Shown here one piece after another: positions 38,638 to 49,057 of a stretch of DNA of 64,000 bases. Numbering within the stretch: position 1 is the first letter of the stretch; the number at the start of each line of letters is the position of its first letter. The notes beneath the pieces were generated by a model that saw only the letters and a program-made list of their open reading frames with translations, made no database searches and was not told where the DNA came from. The DNA is from Candidatus Bathyarchaeia archaeon (GTDB lineage: Archaea; Thermoproteota; Bathyarchaeia; Bathyarchaeales; Bathycorpusculaceae). A program made the position numbers and the translations under genes. Where the stretch lies: the NCBI GenBank assembly GCA_038882975.1, contig JAVZNE010000001.1, positions 128,001 through 192,000 of the forward strand, in the 5' to 3' direction.

Positions 38638-39426
38638 ATGGCTTTGAGGAGGCAGGAGTGGCCTGAAGTTGGCGACTTGGTTATAGCTACTGTTGAAACC
38701 GTCACTGATTATGGGGCTTATGTTAGGCTAGACGAGTTTGATAAGAAGGGTCTTCTGCACATTTCAGAGGTTGCCTCTTCGTGGATTAGGAATATAAGGG
38801 ATTTTGTTCGGGAAGGACAGAAGGTTGTTTTGAAGGTTTTGCGGGTTGACGCGGAAAAAGGTCACATAGACCTATCCCTCAGAAGGGTCACGAAAAGAGA
38901 GAAAATTGAGAAGATGCTTTCATGGAAAAAGGAGCGGAAGGCTGAGGCTCTTCTGAGAAGTGTTGCCGAGAAAGCCGGCTTGCCCGTAGAGGAAGCCTAC
39001 GAGAAAGCTGGAGCGCTTATCGAGAAGGAGTATGGCTTGTACGAGGGCTTTGAAAAAGCCGCAAAAGAAGGTGTGGAAGTTTTAACGAAAATAGGTGTTC
39101 CAAAGGAATTGGCTGAAGTTTTTGTTGAAGTTGCAAAGGAAAGAATTCGCTTGCCCACTGTTAAGATTAAAGGGATTGTCGAGCTCCGCTGCTTAAAGCC
39201 CAACGGAGTGGAAATAATCAAGGAAGCTTTTTTGAACGCAAAGAAAACCGAGAAAACCCGAGGCGTGAACATTCGTTTTTATGTTGTGGCGGCGCCAAAA
39301 TATTGCATTGAGGTTTTAGCTGACAATTATAAGTATGCGGAGGCTGTTCTGCAAAGGGTTGCAGAAAACATCGTCTCAAACGTTATTAAGGCTGGCGGGC
39401 AAGGAGTTTATAGAAGGGAGAAATAG
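38638..39426 (+). CDS. eif2a: Translation initiation factor aIF2 alpha
   Basis: S1 domain HISEV, KGHIDLSLRRV, APKY. Confidence 0.96.
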   Translation: MALRRQEWPEVGDLVIATVETVTDYGAYVRLDEFDKKGLLHISEVASSWIRNIRDFVREGQKVVLKVLRVDAEKGHIDLSLRRVTKREKIEKMLSWKKERKAEALLRSVAEKAGLPVEEAYEKAGALIEKEYGLYEGFEKAAKEGVEVLTKIGVPKELAEVFVEVAKERIRLPTVKIKGIVELRCLKPNGVEIIKEAFLNAKKTEKTRGVNIRFYVVAAPKYCIEVLADNYKYAEAVLQRVAENIVSNVIKAGGQGVYRREK

Positions 39427-39427
39427 G

Positions 39428-39595
39428 GTGGCTTGGCTGCTAAGGAAATGTGAAAAATGCGGAAAGTATACTTTAAAAAGAGACCAGTGCCCCTACTGTG
39501 GTGGACCAGTGCGAGTCCCCCATCCACCTAAGTTTTCGCCGGATGATAAATACCTCAAATATAGAATGGCTTTGAAGAGGGAGGCTGACAGCTAA
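39428..39595 (+). CDS. nop10: H/ACA RNP protein Nop10
   Basis: RKCEKCGKYTL, HPPKFSPDDKY; GTG start at 39428. Confidence 0.93.
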   Translation: MAWLLRKCEKCGKYTLKRDQCPYCGGPVRVPHPPKFSPDDKYLKYRMALKREADS

Positions 39596-39596
39596 A

Positions 39597-40367
39597 ATGA
39601 GAGAGACTATGATTAAGGAGTTAACAAAAGCCGAACTTAAAGACCCAATATTAATTGAGGGTCTTCCGGGACTGGGGCTTGTTGGAAAAATTGCTACTCG
39701 CTACCTCATTAAACAGTTGAAGGCGCAAAAACTTGCATATCTTTATTCGCCACATTTTCCCTACTTCGTGCTTGTGAGTAAAAAAGGAAGTGTTAGACTT
39801 CTTCGGGGAACTTTTTATTTTTGGAAAAACGATAACGGGAAAAATGACTTAGTTCTTTTCACCGGGGACAGCCAGGCCCAAACTATTGAGGGGCAATATG
39901 AAATTTCAAACAGCATACTCGACTTCGCCCAGAAACATGGCGTTAAGCTTGTCATAACAATAGGCGGCTATAGGGTAGAAACGGACAAACCAAAGGTTGT
40001 AGCAGCCGCTACAAGCCAAACCCTTCTTAATAGGGCTTTGCAGGCAAACGCCGTGATAAGTCCTATGGGAAGCCCAATAGTCGGTACGGCTGGACTAATT
40101 CTCGGCTTGGCGCCCTTCAGAAGGATTGAAGCCTTATGCCTCCTAGGCGAAACACGAGGATATCTACCAGATCCAAAGGCAGCTAAAAGTGTTTTAGAAG
40201 TTTTGCTGAAAATTTTGGGGATCAACGTTGACTTGGCTGGTTTAGACGCTGAAATTACCAAAGCTGAGAGCATGGTGGCAAGGCTGCGGAAGATCGAGGA
40301 GAAAAGGATGTTACAAGCTGAGGAAATGCGAAGAGAGGAAGACAAAAAGATTACATACATTTCCTAG
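39597..40367 (+). CDS. PAC2-family proteasome assembly chaperone
   Basis: EGLPGLGLVGK, LLGET..PDPKAA; conserved position after nop10. Confidence 0.9.
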   Translation: MRETMIKELTKAELKDPILIEGLPGLGLVGKIATRYLIKQLKAQKLAYLYSPHFPYFVLVSKKGSVRLLRGTFYFWKNDNGKNDLVLFTGDSQAQTIEGQYEISNSILDFAQKHGVKLVITIGGYRVETDKPKVVAAATSQTLLNRALQANAVISPMGSPIVGTAGLILGLAPFRRIEALCLLGETRGYLPDPKAAKSVLEVLLKILGINVDLAGLDAEITKAESMVARLRKIEEKRMLQAEEMRREEDKKITYIS

Positions 40368-40371
40368 CTTT

Positions 40372-41460
40372 TTAGAAGAGTTCCTTCTCGATTATTTTGA
40401 CAATTTGTTCGGCGGCGTCGCCTCTTCCAAAAGGTGATTCTCTAGGCAGTTCCTTTCGATTTTCTAAAGCATCTTCTATGGCTTTCAATATGTTTTGCTT
40501 TTTTATACCTACAACTTTCGCGAATCCAGCTTCAACAGCCTCCGGCCTCTCGGTTGATATACGTAAAACCAAAACTGGTTTTCTTATCGGCGGAGCTGTA
40601 GCTTCTTCTTGTATTCCACCAGAATCAGTAAGGATAATCTCACATTTTTTCATTAATACTAAAAAGTCGAAATAGCCAACTGGTGGAAGAATTTGGAGGT
40701 TATTGGACTTTCTTATTCGAACATAAAGCTTATTCTGTTTCAGCCTCTTTTTTGTTCGCGGATGAACTGGATAAACAACCGGGATGGGAGCCTCCATAAA
40801 AGCTTCTATAAAATTCTTGAGAACCACTGGGTCATCAACGTTTTCCGCTCTATGCGCTGTCGCTAACGCAAATTTTTCGTAACGCACCTCGCTTAATATC
40901 TTTGATTTCTTTTCTGCTATTGGCATATGCTGGATTACAGCGTCTATAACCGTATTACCTGTGACGTATATCCTCCCCCAGACAGATTCTCTTTTGAGGT
41001 TATTTTCAGCGGTTTCCGTGGGAGCAAATAAATAGGCGGATATGTGGTCTGTTAATCTTCTGTTGTGTTCCTCCGGCATACGCAAGTCAAAGCTCCTCAA
41101 CCCGGCTTCCACGTGTCCAACAGGTATCCCAAGTTTGTTCGCGGCTAAAGCCGTTGCGAGAACCCCATTTGTGTCACCCTCAACTAGGACTAATTTTGGT
41201 TTTGCCTTTCTAAGCATGTACTCCATATTAGCAATTATACGTGCGATCTGTTTCGCTTGAGAGTATGCCTTAACTTTGTAGGTATAGGATGGTTTGGGAA
41301 GCCCCAACTCTTCAATGAACTTTTGAGACATCTCATAATCATAATGTTGGCCACAATGAACTAAAGTAAACTGAATTTGATTCTTTCCCAATGCTCTGAC
41401 CAAAGGCGCCATTTTTATAATTTCAGGTCTCGTACCAACAACAACCATTAAATTGCTCAT
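40372..41460 (-). CDS. wecB: UDP-N-acetylglucosamine 2-epimerase (non-hydrolysing)
   Basis: GTRPEIIK, HVEAGLRS, TDSGGIQEE. Confidence 0.96.
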   Translation of the reverse strand: MSNLMVVVGTRPEIIKMAPLVRALGKNQIQFTLVHCGQHYDYEMSQKFIEELGLPKPSYTYKVKAYSQAKQIARIIANMEYMLRKAKPKLVLVEGDTNGVLATALAANKLGIPVGHVEAGLRSFDLRMPEEHNRRLTDHISAYLFAPTETAENNLKRESVWGRIYVTGNTVIDAVIQHMPIAEKKSKILSEVRYEKFALATAHRAENVDDPVVLKNFIEAFMEAPIPVVYPVHPRTKKRLKQNKLYVRIRKSNNLQILPPVGYFDFLVLMKKCEIILTDSGGIQEEATAPPIRKPVLVLRISTERPEAVEAGFAKVVGIKKQNILKAIEDALENRKELPRESPFGRGDAAEQIVKIIEKELF

Positions 41461-41758
41461 GGCTTTTCCATCTTTAGCATAGTTGACTTATTTTGCTTTA
41501 AACCTTTTAGAAGCTTTTAATTAAAATTCTAGTCTGTTAAGCCGCAGTTTCTTTGATAATGTTCCGTTTGTGGAGCTTACATTTATTAGCGCTTCTAATT
41601 GATGATGAGCGCTAATAAGACTTAATATCAATACGTTCGCGGAGTCAAAAATTTTGATTTGAATCTCTGAATTGCGTTGGTTTCTGCTACGTACAAATCG
41701 TATTACTTTTCTTTTCCATTTTAAATGCCTTAGCAAAACTAGTCTTGGAGATGAATGT

Positions 41759-42334
41759 ATGCGTCTGTTAAGGAATATCAGAGGACTAAGCGTTGTAGTA
41801 ACAACCTTAATAATCCTAGTGGTTTCGGTGCTCCTTGCAACCATTGTGACGTTTTACGCCATAAATGTTGTGACAACCCGTGTTCAAGAGGAGTCTCTTC
41901 ACCTTAGCAAACAGCACGTCTGGTATAATACAAGTGGTGGTTGGGCTGAGGCAGCCTTGGTTATAATAAATACTGGTGGAAGAGACGTGGTAATCGACAA
42001 AATATCAGTTAGAGGGCAAGAATGCCGATGGTCCAACGTTTACTATTGGAGAACAGACAGCGTCACAGTCTCAGCAGACTTGAATGTGACGAAAGTTAAG
42101 CCGAGCGAAATGACCGACACTATGTGGAGAGAGATATTCGGATATCTAGGTGGTAGTGAAACTTTCCAGTCAGCCTCAAACGATTTGACGTTGAAGTCAG
42201 GATGGACTATAGTCATATACATAGAGAACCCTGACAGCATATCTTCAAAAGATGTTGGTCAAACAGTGGGTATAACGGTTTTCACGGCAAATGCGCAATA
42301 CTACGTTGAAGCCAACGTTGAGGCTGCAGAATAG
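41759..42334 (+). CDS. Type IV pilin/archaellin-like protein with class III signal peptide
   Basis: MRLLRNIRG|LSVVVTTLIILVVSVLLA; INTGGRDVVIDKI. Confidence 0.8.
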   Translation: MRLLRNIRGLSVVVTTLIILVVSVLLATIVTFYAINVVTTRVQEESLHLSKQHVWYNTSGGWAEAALVIINTGGRDVVIDKISVRGQECRWSNVYYWRTDSVTVSADLNVTKVKPSEMTDTMWREIFGYLGGSETFQSASNDLTLKSGWTIVIYIENPDSISSKDVGQTVGITVFTANAQYYVEANVEAAE

Positions 42335-42373
42335 CATTGCAAAATTGCCCTTTTTCCTTTAATAAGGGCTTGT

Positions 42374-44407
42374 TCAAGTCTTTTTCAAATAGCCTTCCCT
42401 AGGTTCGTATATAGTTCCTTCTCGCAGGAGTTGATTGATTAGGCGTTCAGCCTCGATTCTTGGAATCTTGTATTCTGTTTCAAGCCTGTTGATTAAGGCG
42501 TTTTTGTCAACCATTCCTATTTCTTTCTCCATTTCCGTCAGCACTGAAAGTAGCATTTGTAGCTTGTCTCTGAGGCTTTTGGGTTTTCCAGTCATTATGA
42601 GGTCTATGTCAAATTTGTATGAGGATAGGTCTATTCCAACCTCTTCCAGAGACTTTTTCATTATGTTTATGGCTGCTTCGGCGTCTTCTGCCAAAACTTC
42701 CGTTCTTAGGGCGGCTCTAGCTCTGGCTTCAGCTAGGCGTATAAGCGATTCCAATTGTCTGGCGGTTATCGCAATTGGGGAGCCCTCCGATTCACTTGCT
42801 GAACGCATAGCCAGATAGAAATCCCTTAAACGCTGCAGTGCCTCGCCAGTTAGGACTGGTTTTATCGTCTTTGCATAGCTTACGTATTTTCGCAAAAGTT
42901 CTAGAGATATGGGTGATTCCACGGGGCTTAAGCCTTTACGGTGAATTTCGAGGATGTGCTCCGACATCCTACCGTCTATTTCCTTGTTGGGAACATCCCT
43001 TAACACAAATATTAGGTCAAACCTTGAGAGGATGGTTACTGGAAGTGAAATGTTCTCCGCAATTGTTCGGCGGGATTCATATCTGCCCAAAGCAGGGTTG
43101 GCAGCCGCTAATATAGCTGTTCGCGCGTTAAGAGTTGCCACTATGCCGCCCTTCGCCACAGAAACCGTGTGCTGTTCCATGGCTTCATGGATTGCAACTC
43201 GGTCTTCCGGGCGCATCTTGTCTATCTCGTCTATACAAGCTATTCCCTTATCCGCAAGCACAAGGGCTCCGGCCTCAAGGCTCATTCCACCGCCCTTTTC
43301 GCGTATAACCGCTGCAGTCAAGCCAGCCGCGGTTGTCCCCCTACCAGAAGTGTAAAGTCCTCTAGGTGCAACCCGAGCCACATACTGCAATAGCTGGGAT
43401 TTGGCTGTTCCAGGGTCACCAACCAAAAGAATGTTCAATTCTCCCCTTATTGATATATCTGGAAGCGCCTTAGGAACGCCTCCAAAAAGCAGATACATAA
43501 TCGCCTCTTTGACGTGCTCGTAGCCGTAAATCGAAGGCGCAATAGAGTTTATTATTTTTCTGTGTATCCACGGATCCTTTGCAAGTTCAAGAATCTGCCT
43601 CTCCTCTTCCGGCGATGGAAGTGTTGCTTCAGGTTCTTTGCCTAAAACCTCGATGGAGTTTGTATCTAGGTGTAAGACGAAGGTGCGGAGTTTTCCAACC
43701 TTGGGCATGGTTGGGGCTGCAGCACGAACTATGCCAACGATTGAAACATGGTCGCCTGGTCTAGCCACATCTACAATCTCGCTTCCAACAAGCTTAACAT
43801 GTAATGTGCGTGGAAGCTGTCCCGGCGGGAGATCTTCTGGGCGTTCTTGTATGCGGAGGTCTTGTGAATCTATGAAGGTTGATTCTTCTTGAACGAAGTC
43901 GAAGGGTCCTTTTCGTCTACATGAAGGGTCAGCGCATGCAAAAGGTGCCTTAAGAAACGGGCCTGTTTGATCCACATATGTTATGTTTCCGCATCCTCTG
44001 CATTTGAAGGCGGCCCGCATCACCATTGGGCGGACTGGTGTTGAACGAACAACTATACCTTCAATCATCACCAGCTTTCCAATGTGGGCTGCGCCAAGTT
44101 TCCGCAGAGGCGTTGGCTCCAGAAGCCTAACAACTCGAACAGTTACCTTTTGTTTTTCTGCGTATTCTGGAGCCTCTATGGCTAGCTGGTTTTGGGCAGC
44201 ATTATCCGCGTGCTTTAAGTATTCATCTGGTTTCTCCAGAAGCTTATCCGCAAGTCTATGGTCGAAGGTGAGGATGTCTTCAAACTCAACTACGAGCGAT
44301 GTTTTCCCAGAAACAGCCAGCTGCGAAATCCGTTGACGATATTTCTCCGTTTTAAAAAGCTCTAGAAATCGTTCCTGCGGGTCTATTACTTCCAGCTCTT
44401 CAGTCAT
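42374..44407 (-). CDS. mcm: Replicative helicase MCM (no intein)
   Basis: GDPGTAKS, CIDEIDKM, SRFD, Zn-finger. Confidence 0.98.
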   Translation of the reverse strand: MTEELEVIDPQERFLELFKTEKYRQRISQLAVSGKTSLVVEFEDILTFDHRLADKLLEKPDEYLKHADNAAQNQLAIEAPEYAEKQKVTVRVVRLLEPTPLRKLGAAHIGKLVMIEGIVVRSTPVRPMVMRAAFKCRGCGNITYVDQTGPFLKAPFACADPSCRRKGPFDFVQEESTFIDSQDLRIQERPEDLPPGQLPRTLHVKLVGSEIVDVARPGDHVSIVGIVRAAAPTMPKVGKLRTFVLHLDTNSIEVLGKEPEATLPSPEEERQILELAKDPWIHRKIINSIAPSIYGYEHVKEAIMYLLFGGVPKALPDISIRGELNILLVGDPGTAKSQLLQYVARVAPRGLYTSGRGTTAAGLTAAVIREKGGGMSLEAGALVLADKGIACIDEIDKMRPEDRVAIHEAMEQHTVSVAKGGIVATLNARTAILAAANPALGRYESRRTIAENISLPVTILSRFDLIFVLRDVPNKEIDGRMSEHILEIHRKGLSPVESPISLELLRKYVSYAKTIKPVLTGEALQRLRDFYLAMRSASESEGSPIAITARQLESLIRLAEARARAALRTEVLAEDAEAAINIMKKSLEEVGIDLSSYKFDIDLIMTGKPKSLRDKLQMLLSVLTEMEKEIGMVDKNALINRLETEYKIPRIEAERLINQLLREGTIYEPREGYLKKT

Positions 44408-45006
44408 TTCTCCTTCTCCACGCCTCCTTCACTTTCGCTTTCAAGCATTTGAGCCTTCCACCTATTAATAAGCCTATAAATCTGCTCGTAAAGAATTCTC
44501 TCTTCTGCCATAAGGTTCCTTAAAACATGCTCGGTTTGGGCTGGGGCAGAAGCCAAGGAAACAATTTTCTTTAATCTTAAGTTTAAAATGTCCAGCGCCA
44601 ACTGTTTCGCCTTCTCATATTCCCGCATTTTCTCAGGATGCCTAACAGCCTCCTCTCTTAACCCATCAAGGTATCTGCGGAGTTTCGGATAAAAATCCTT
44701 GGGAAGTTCAGAAATTTGCCCAGCTGTTTGGACACGCTCCTTCCAATGAATCTTGTAAAGCTTGGTTGAGTCAAGCAGTTCCTCGCTTCTAAAGCGAACA
44801 ACACCAAACTTTTCAAGCTCTCTGGCAACCCAATACATAACCTCATACTCGTTTCCCTCCTCGAAGGGACCGACAATTAATCCTGCCAGCCTAATTTCCG
44901 GGCAGTTGCGGTTGGCAATAACCTTAACCGGCGAGTTCTCAAACATGAAGTCTAGGGCTTTAATTTTCCCGGAAATGCCCACCTGCAAAGCACTTTCTCC
45001 TTTCAA
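44404..45006 (-). CDS. GINS subunit Gins23/Psf2-like
   Basis: B-domain then A-domain order (WVARELEK..LPKDFY); immediately upstream of mcm. Confidence 0.82.
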   Translation of the reverse strand: MKGESALQVGISGKIKALDFMFENSPVKVIANRNCPEIRLAGLIVGPFEEGNEYEVMYWVARELEKFGVVRFRSEELLDSTKLYKIHWKERVQTAGQISELPKDFYPKLRRYLDGLREEAVRHPEKMREYEKAKQLALDILNLRLKKIVSLASAPAQTEHVLRNLMAEERILYEQIYRLINRWKAQMLESESEGGVEKEK

Positions 45007-45100
45007 CAGACTCTACTACTCTCTTTGGGCGGAGATATAAAAAGTGTAGTCTAGAAAATATGATTGGAGAGTTTAGAATTTTTAGAGTTTCATGGATTTG

Positions 45101-46351
45101 TTAAGGCCACAAGCCCAAAGTCTTTATTGCCTCAGCCACCCGTCCTACTCCCAACATTAGGGCGGCTGTTCGCATGGGTTCCTTCGCATCTTTTGAGGTT
45201 TTGTAGACGTCGTTAAATGCCTTCACCATTTTTCTTTCAAGCTTCTGGTTCACTTCCTCTAAAGTCCAGTGCTCCCTTGTTAAGTTTTGAACCCATTCAA
45301 AGTAGCTTACTGTGACGCCGCCGGAGTTTGCTAATATGTCTGGAATTAAGAACACATCCTTTTCATTGAGCACTTTGTCGGCTTCTGGGGTTGTGGGTCC
45401 GTTGGCTCCCTCGGCTATTATTTTTGCTTTTATGTTGTTGGCGTTTGCTTTTGTAATCTGATTCTCTAATGCAGCGGGCACCAAAATGTCACATTCCAAC
45501 TGCAGCAACTCCTCATTAGTTATGTTCTTGCACCCTTCAAAGTTTAGGACGGAACCTGTTTTCGCCTTATGCTCGTAAACCTTGTAGGGGTTTAATCCTT
45601 CCTTGCAATAGATTCCTCCGCTGGAGTCGCTTACACCTATTATTTTGCATCCCCAATCGTAGGCTATTTTTGCGGCGTTCCATCCCACGCTGCCAAACCC
45701 TTGAACCACAAATCTTGCATCTTTCATTTTTAAACCGAGGATTTTTGCAGCTTCTCTTGCGCAAAACATAACACCAAGAGATGTAGCTTCAGCCCTTCCT
45801 TCAGAACCTCCAACACTTAAAGGTTTTCCAGTAACACATTCTGGGACACTGTAGCCTTTAAATTGGCTGTAAGTGTCCATTATCCAAGCCATTGTTTGGG
45901 CGTCTGTGTAAACGTCCGGCGCCGGCACGTCACGATATGGTCCAATTAGGTCTAAAATTAGGCTTATGTATCGCCTTGTTAGCCTTTCAAGTTCGCCTTT
46001 GGACATTTCCTTTGGGTTACAGCAAACTCCTCCTTTAGCTCCTCCATATGGAATATCAACGACAGCGCATTTCCAAGTCATCCACATGGCAAGGGCGGTA
46101 ACTTCGTCCAAGGTTACGTTTGGGTGGTATCTTATGCCGCCTTTAAAAGGTCCCCTCGCATCGTTGTGCTGAACACGACAGCCTAGGAACGTTTTGATTG
46201 TGCCATCATCCATCCTAATGTTAACAGAAACCATAAGCGTTCTTTTTGGATATTTTAGCATCTCATGCAGTCCGGGGTCAAGCTCAAGTTTTTCTGCGGC
46301 TATTCTTAACTGCTCCAGTGCAGTATCTAGAGCTGAGTAACTCTTTTCCAT
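45101..46351 (-). CDS. gdhA: Glutamate dehydrogenase (Glu/Leu/Phe/Val dehydrogenase family)
   Basis: [43 protein letters not shown]. Confidence 0.95.
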   Translation of the reverse strand: MEKSYSALDTALEQLRIAAEKLELDPGLHEMLKYPKRTLMVSVNIRMDDGTIKTFLGCRVQHNDARGPFKGGIRYHPNVTLDEVTALAMWMTWKCAVVDIPYGGAKGGVCCNPKEMSKGELERLTRRYISLILDLIGPYRDVPAPDVYTDAQTMAWIMDTYSQFKGYSVPECVTGKPLSVGGSEGRAEATSLGVMFCAREAAKILGLKMKDARFVVQGFGSVGWNAAKIAYDWGCKIIGVSDSSGGIYCKEGLNPYKVYEHKAKTGSVLNFEGCKNITNEELLQLECDILVPAALENQITKANANNIKAKIIAEGANGPTTPEADKVLNEKDVFLIPDILANSGGVTVSYFEWVQNLTREHWTLEEVNQKLERKMVKAFNDVYKTSKDAKEPMRTAALMLGVGRVAEAIKTLGLWP

Positions 46352-46430
46352 AAGTGTTTACCTCCAAACCTATTATTTTGGGAAGCCTTAAAAGGTTGGC
46401 TGTTAAGCTGGAAGAAAAAGAAGGGAGGGG

Positions 46431-48038
46431 CTAGTCTAAAATTCTTTCTATGGCGTCTGCTTCTGCCTCGTGGGCTAATGGTATACCGGTTACTTTAGCT
46501 GCAAGCTCCGAGAGACTCATTAGGTCGTTTCTGTTGATTAGGTCTAGTCGCCATTTTCTTGCGCCAGCCAATAGCTGCTTTAGCCCAACACCTATGCGGT
46601 CCGTCAAGTAAGTGTATAGGGCTACAGCTTCCCACGGGATTTCCTTGAAACGTTCTCCATACTTTGCCTTTAGCTCTGGAACAGCTATGAAGAACTTCTC
46701 TGGAGTCGCACCAAACTTGTCGGCAAAAGCCTTTGGAAGTTTTCCCTCTTCAGCCAACTGTTTAAAGTAGCTTGCCTTCATCACAGCAGTGAGCGGGGAA
46801 CGGCCCATCAAAACAGCTTTTACGAATGGTCCATCTCCGAAGTTGCTCATGGCTATTGCCTTGAAAATTTGAGTTTCGTTTATGAATCCTCCAGCCATAA
46901 TAATGTCTGGCACGTAGCGGCCTTTCTTCTTCAATATTTGGGCGCACTTAAGCACTATGGCTTCTAGATAAACTGTTGGAATGCCCATCTCATCCATCAT
47001 TGGGACAGGGCTCATGCCTGTGCCGCCACCAGCCCCATCAAAGTATACAGCATCAATCTTTGCCTCAGAAGCTATTTTCAAGGTGTACGCCACTGCTGAT
47101 GGCCTGTAAGCGCCTGTTTTCAAGGTTACATGTTTTGCCCCCTGTTTCCTCAGCCATTCTATGTCCTCTATGACGTTTTTCTCTCCTGGTATGCCAACTC
47201 TGCTGTGCCTTTCAAAGGATTTGAATACGCCGTCTTTGAAGGCTTGCTGTACTGCTGGATCTTCTGGGTCTGGGATTACTATATAGCCCCTTTTCTTTAG
47301 CATTATAGCCCTTTCAAGGTCTCTTACGCGAACTTCGCCTCCTATGGCTTTTGCACCTTGTCCCCACTTTCTCTCTATAACATTGACCTCCAGCTTTGAT
47401 ATGGCGTAAACGTCTACGCCAAGCCTCTGATCTTCAACATTAGTTTGGACGGCTATTTCGCCGTATTCTCCATCCCAGAATTTTCTGAATAGGTCAACTC
47501 TGCGCTTTAGCTCCTTTGAGTAGGTTACTTTGCCGTTTGTAAATTGAGCTTCCGGATCCATGCCGCAGACGTTTTCTCCCACAATTATCATGGCGCCTGA
47601 AAGGGCTGTGCCTATGGCTAAGCCTTCCCAGTTTAGCCTCGCAACATCTGTGGAGCCAAAGGCACCACAGAGTATGGGAACTCTAAGCGGTATGCCGCCA
47701 ACTTTGGTTTCTATGTTCACGTTTGGGAAAAGCGCCAAATCCGGGTCTTCCTTTATTCCATGAGCCTCGAAGAGGCTTGCTTGTATATTGAAATGGGACC
47801 AGTCTAGGCCGAAGTCTTTTAGAGCTCCTGCGGTGCTGAAACCGAATTGTACGGGTTCTGGATAGAGGGCTTCCCTACCTCTGAATGCTGACAAGCCTAT
47901 TTCACACATTATTGGGCAGTCGCGGATGCATATGGGACACATGCCACTTGTGGGACTTGTGTCTTTGACGCGAGTTGTTGTTCCAGTTGTCGATTTCCCG
48001 TTGAGATAGGAGCTATTTCTGAAAACGCGTTCCGTCAT
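46431..48038 (-). CDS. FMN-binding glutamate synthase family protein (stand-alone)
   Basis: N-term CPICIRDCPIMCE, GENVCG, KWGQGAK, DGAGGGTGMSP. Confidence 0.85.
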   Translation of the reverse strand: MTERVFRNSSYLNGKSTTGTTTRVKDTSPTSGMCPICIRDCPIMCEIGLSAFRGREALYPEPVQFGFSTAGALKDFGLDWSHFNIQASLFEAHGIKEDPDLALFPNVNIETKVGGIPLRVPILCGAFGSTDVARLNWEGLAIGTALSGAMIIVGENVCGMDPEAQFTNGKVTYSKELKRRVDLFRKFWDGEYGEIAVQTNVEDQRLGVDVYAISKLEVNVIERKWGQGAKAIGGEVRVRDLERAIMLKKRGYIVIPDPEDPAVQQAFKDGVFKSFERHSRVGIPGEKNVIEDIEWLRKQGAKHVTLKTGAYRPSAVAYTLKIASEAKIDAVYFDGAGGGTGMSPVPMMDEMGIPTVYLEAIVLKCAQILKKKGRYVPDIIMAGGFINETQIFKAIAMSNFGDGPFVKAVLMGRSPLTAVMKASYFKQLAEEGKLPKAFADKFGATPEKFFIAVPELKAKYGERFKEIPWEAVALYTYLTDRIGVGLKQLLAGARKWRLDLINRNDLMSLSELAAKVTGIPLAHEAEADAIERILD

Positions 48039-48124
48039 ACATTTTTCACCTTTACGTTTGTAAACTGTGTGGAAGGTTTAAAATTCCATTCGCATTTAAA
48101 GGTTATCCTAAAAGTAACAAAAAA

Positions 48125-48141
48125 TGAACATTCTTGTACAT
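48125..48141. promoter_or_regulatory. Two TGWACAT boxes upstream of the glutamate synthase promoter
   Basis: TGAACAT 48125, TGTACAT 48135 (10-bp spacing). Confidence 0.6.
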
Positions 48142-48148
48142 TAGAAGG

Positions 48149-48901
48149 CTAGTGAATCTCTATATTCAACCCATCGACTATGTACTCTCGTCTTGTGTAG
48201 GTTTGGGGATTATATCTTCCACCAGCCTTCTTAATCCATAAGAAGTTCTTATTCTCCTGTCGAGTGAGGTCTATAACCACCTGTGTCATGTGCTCTATTA
48301 AAGCGCAGAACTCTTTGGGATGAGCATTTTTAGCCATAGTCCAGTAGGCGAGAGTTTGATAAGCATATAGCGCCGGGCAAACGTGTCCAAAGAAGGCTTT
48401 AACAGCATCCCTTCCCCAGTTGTGCTCCATTATCGATAAACTGTTAAAAATAAGTCTTGTACCAGGAGTAACAAATTCCCTTTCAATTCTTCCGAAGAAG
48501 TGGTGAAAACGGTCCGGATCCTTTGAGCTTGGAACTTTTCTAATCCAGCTTGGGGCTTTATCATAAAAATCGCTAAATATTAACTCGCCTTGCCCCGCAG
48601 CTTCTGAAAAACAATCTAAAACCAGTAGTTTCTTTTCCCAACCCTCCGGCAAAGTTTTGGTTAAGGGCTCTAATTGAAGCATAATTGCTTGAGGGGGATA
48701 AATAAATTCCAAATATATGACTTGGTTTCCTTCAATTATGCCCTGCCGCATAAAAGAGTATAAGAATTCCCTCGCAAATGTTCCAGATTCAACCTCCCAT
48801 AAAACATTTTCACCTAATAGCAATCCGCCGCCTAGGAGTTTGTCAAGTCCTTTAACCCCTGTTGAGTAGAAAACTTGCTTTTCGTTAGGGTTATTGGACA
48901 A
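48149..48901 (-). CDS. KaiC/RAD55-like RecA-fold protein with degenerate Walker motifs
   Basis: STGVKGLDKLLGGG; P-loop VESGTFARE (no Lys); Walker B LIFNS. Confidence 0.75.
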   Translation of the reverse strand: MSNNPNEKQVFYSTGVKGLDKLLGGGLLLGENVLWEVESGTFAREFLYSFMRQGIIEGNQVIYLEFIYPPQAIMLQLEPLTKTLPEGWEKKLLVLDCFSEAAGQGELIFSDFYDKAPSWIRKVPSSKDPDRFHHFFGRIEREFVTPGTRLIFNSLSIMEHNWGRDAVKAFFGHVCPALYAYQTLAYWTMAKNAHPKEFCALIEHMTQVVIDLTRQENKNFLWIKKAGGRYNPQTYTRREYIVDGLNIEIH

Positions 48902-48972
48902 TGAAATGCACCGAGGTAAGGTTCACAAGCATCATTAAAAATGTTGCGTCGTCATTTCAGATGTATTAATGG

Positions 48973-49019
48973 TGTACATTTGTGTACATTATGAACATAA
49001 TATTTCTATAGTTGAACAT
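48973..49019. promoter_or_regulatory. Four TGWACAT boxes in the divergent kaiC-like/gdh2 promoter
   Basis: Boxes at 48973, 48983, 48992, 49013. Confidence 0.7.
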
Positions 49020-49057
49020 AAGTCATATTAAGGCTCTAGAATGGGAAGAGGTGGAAA

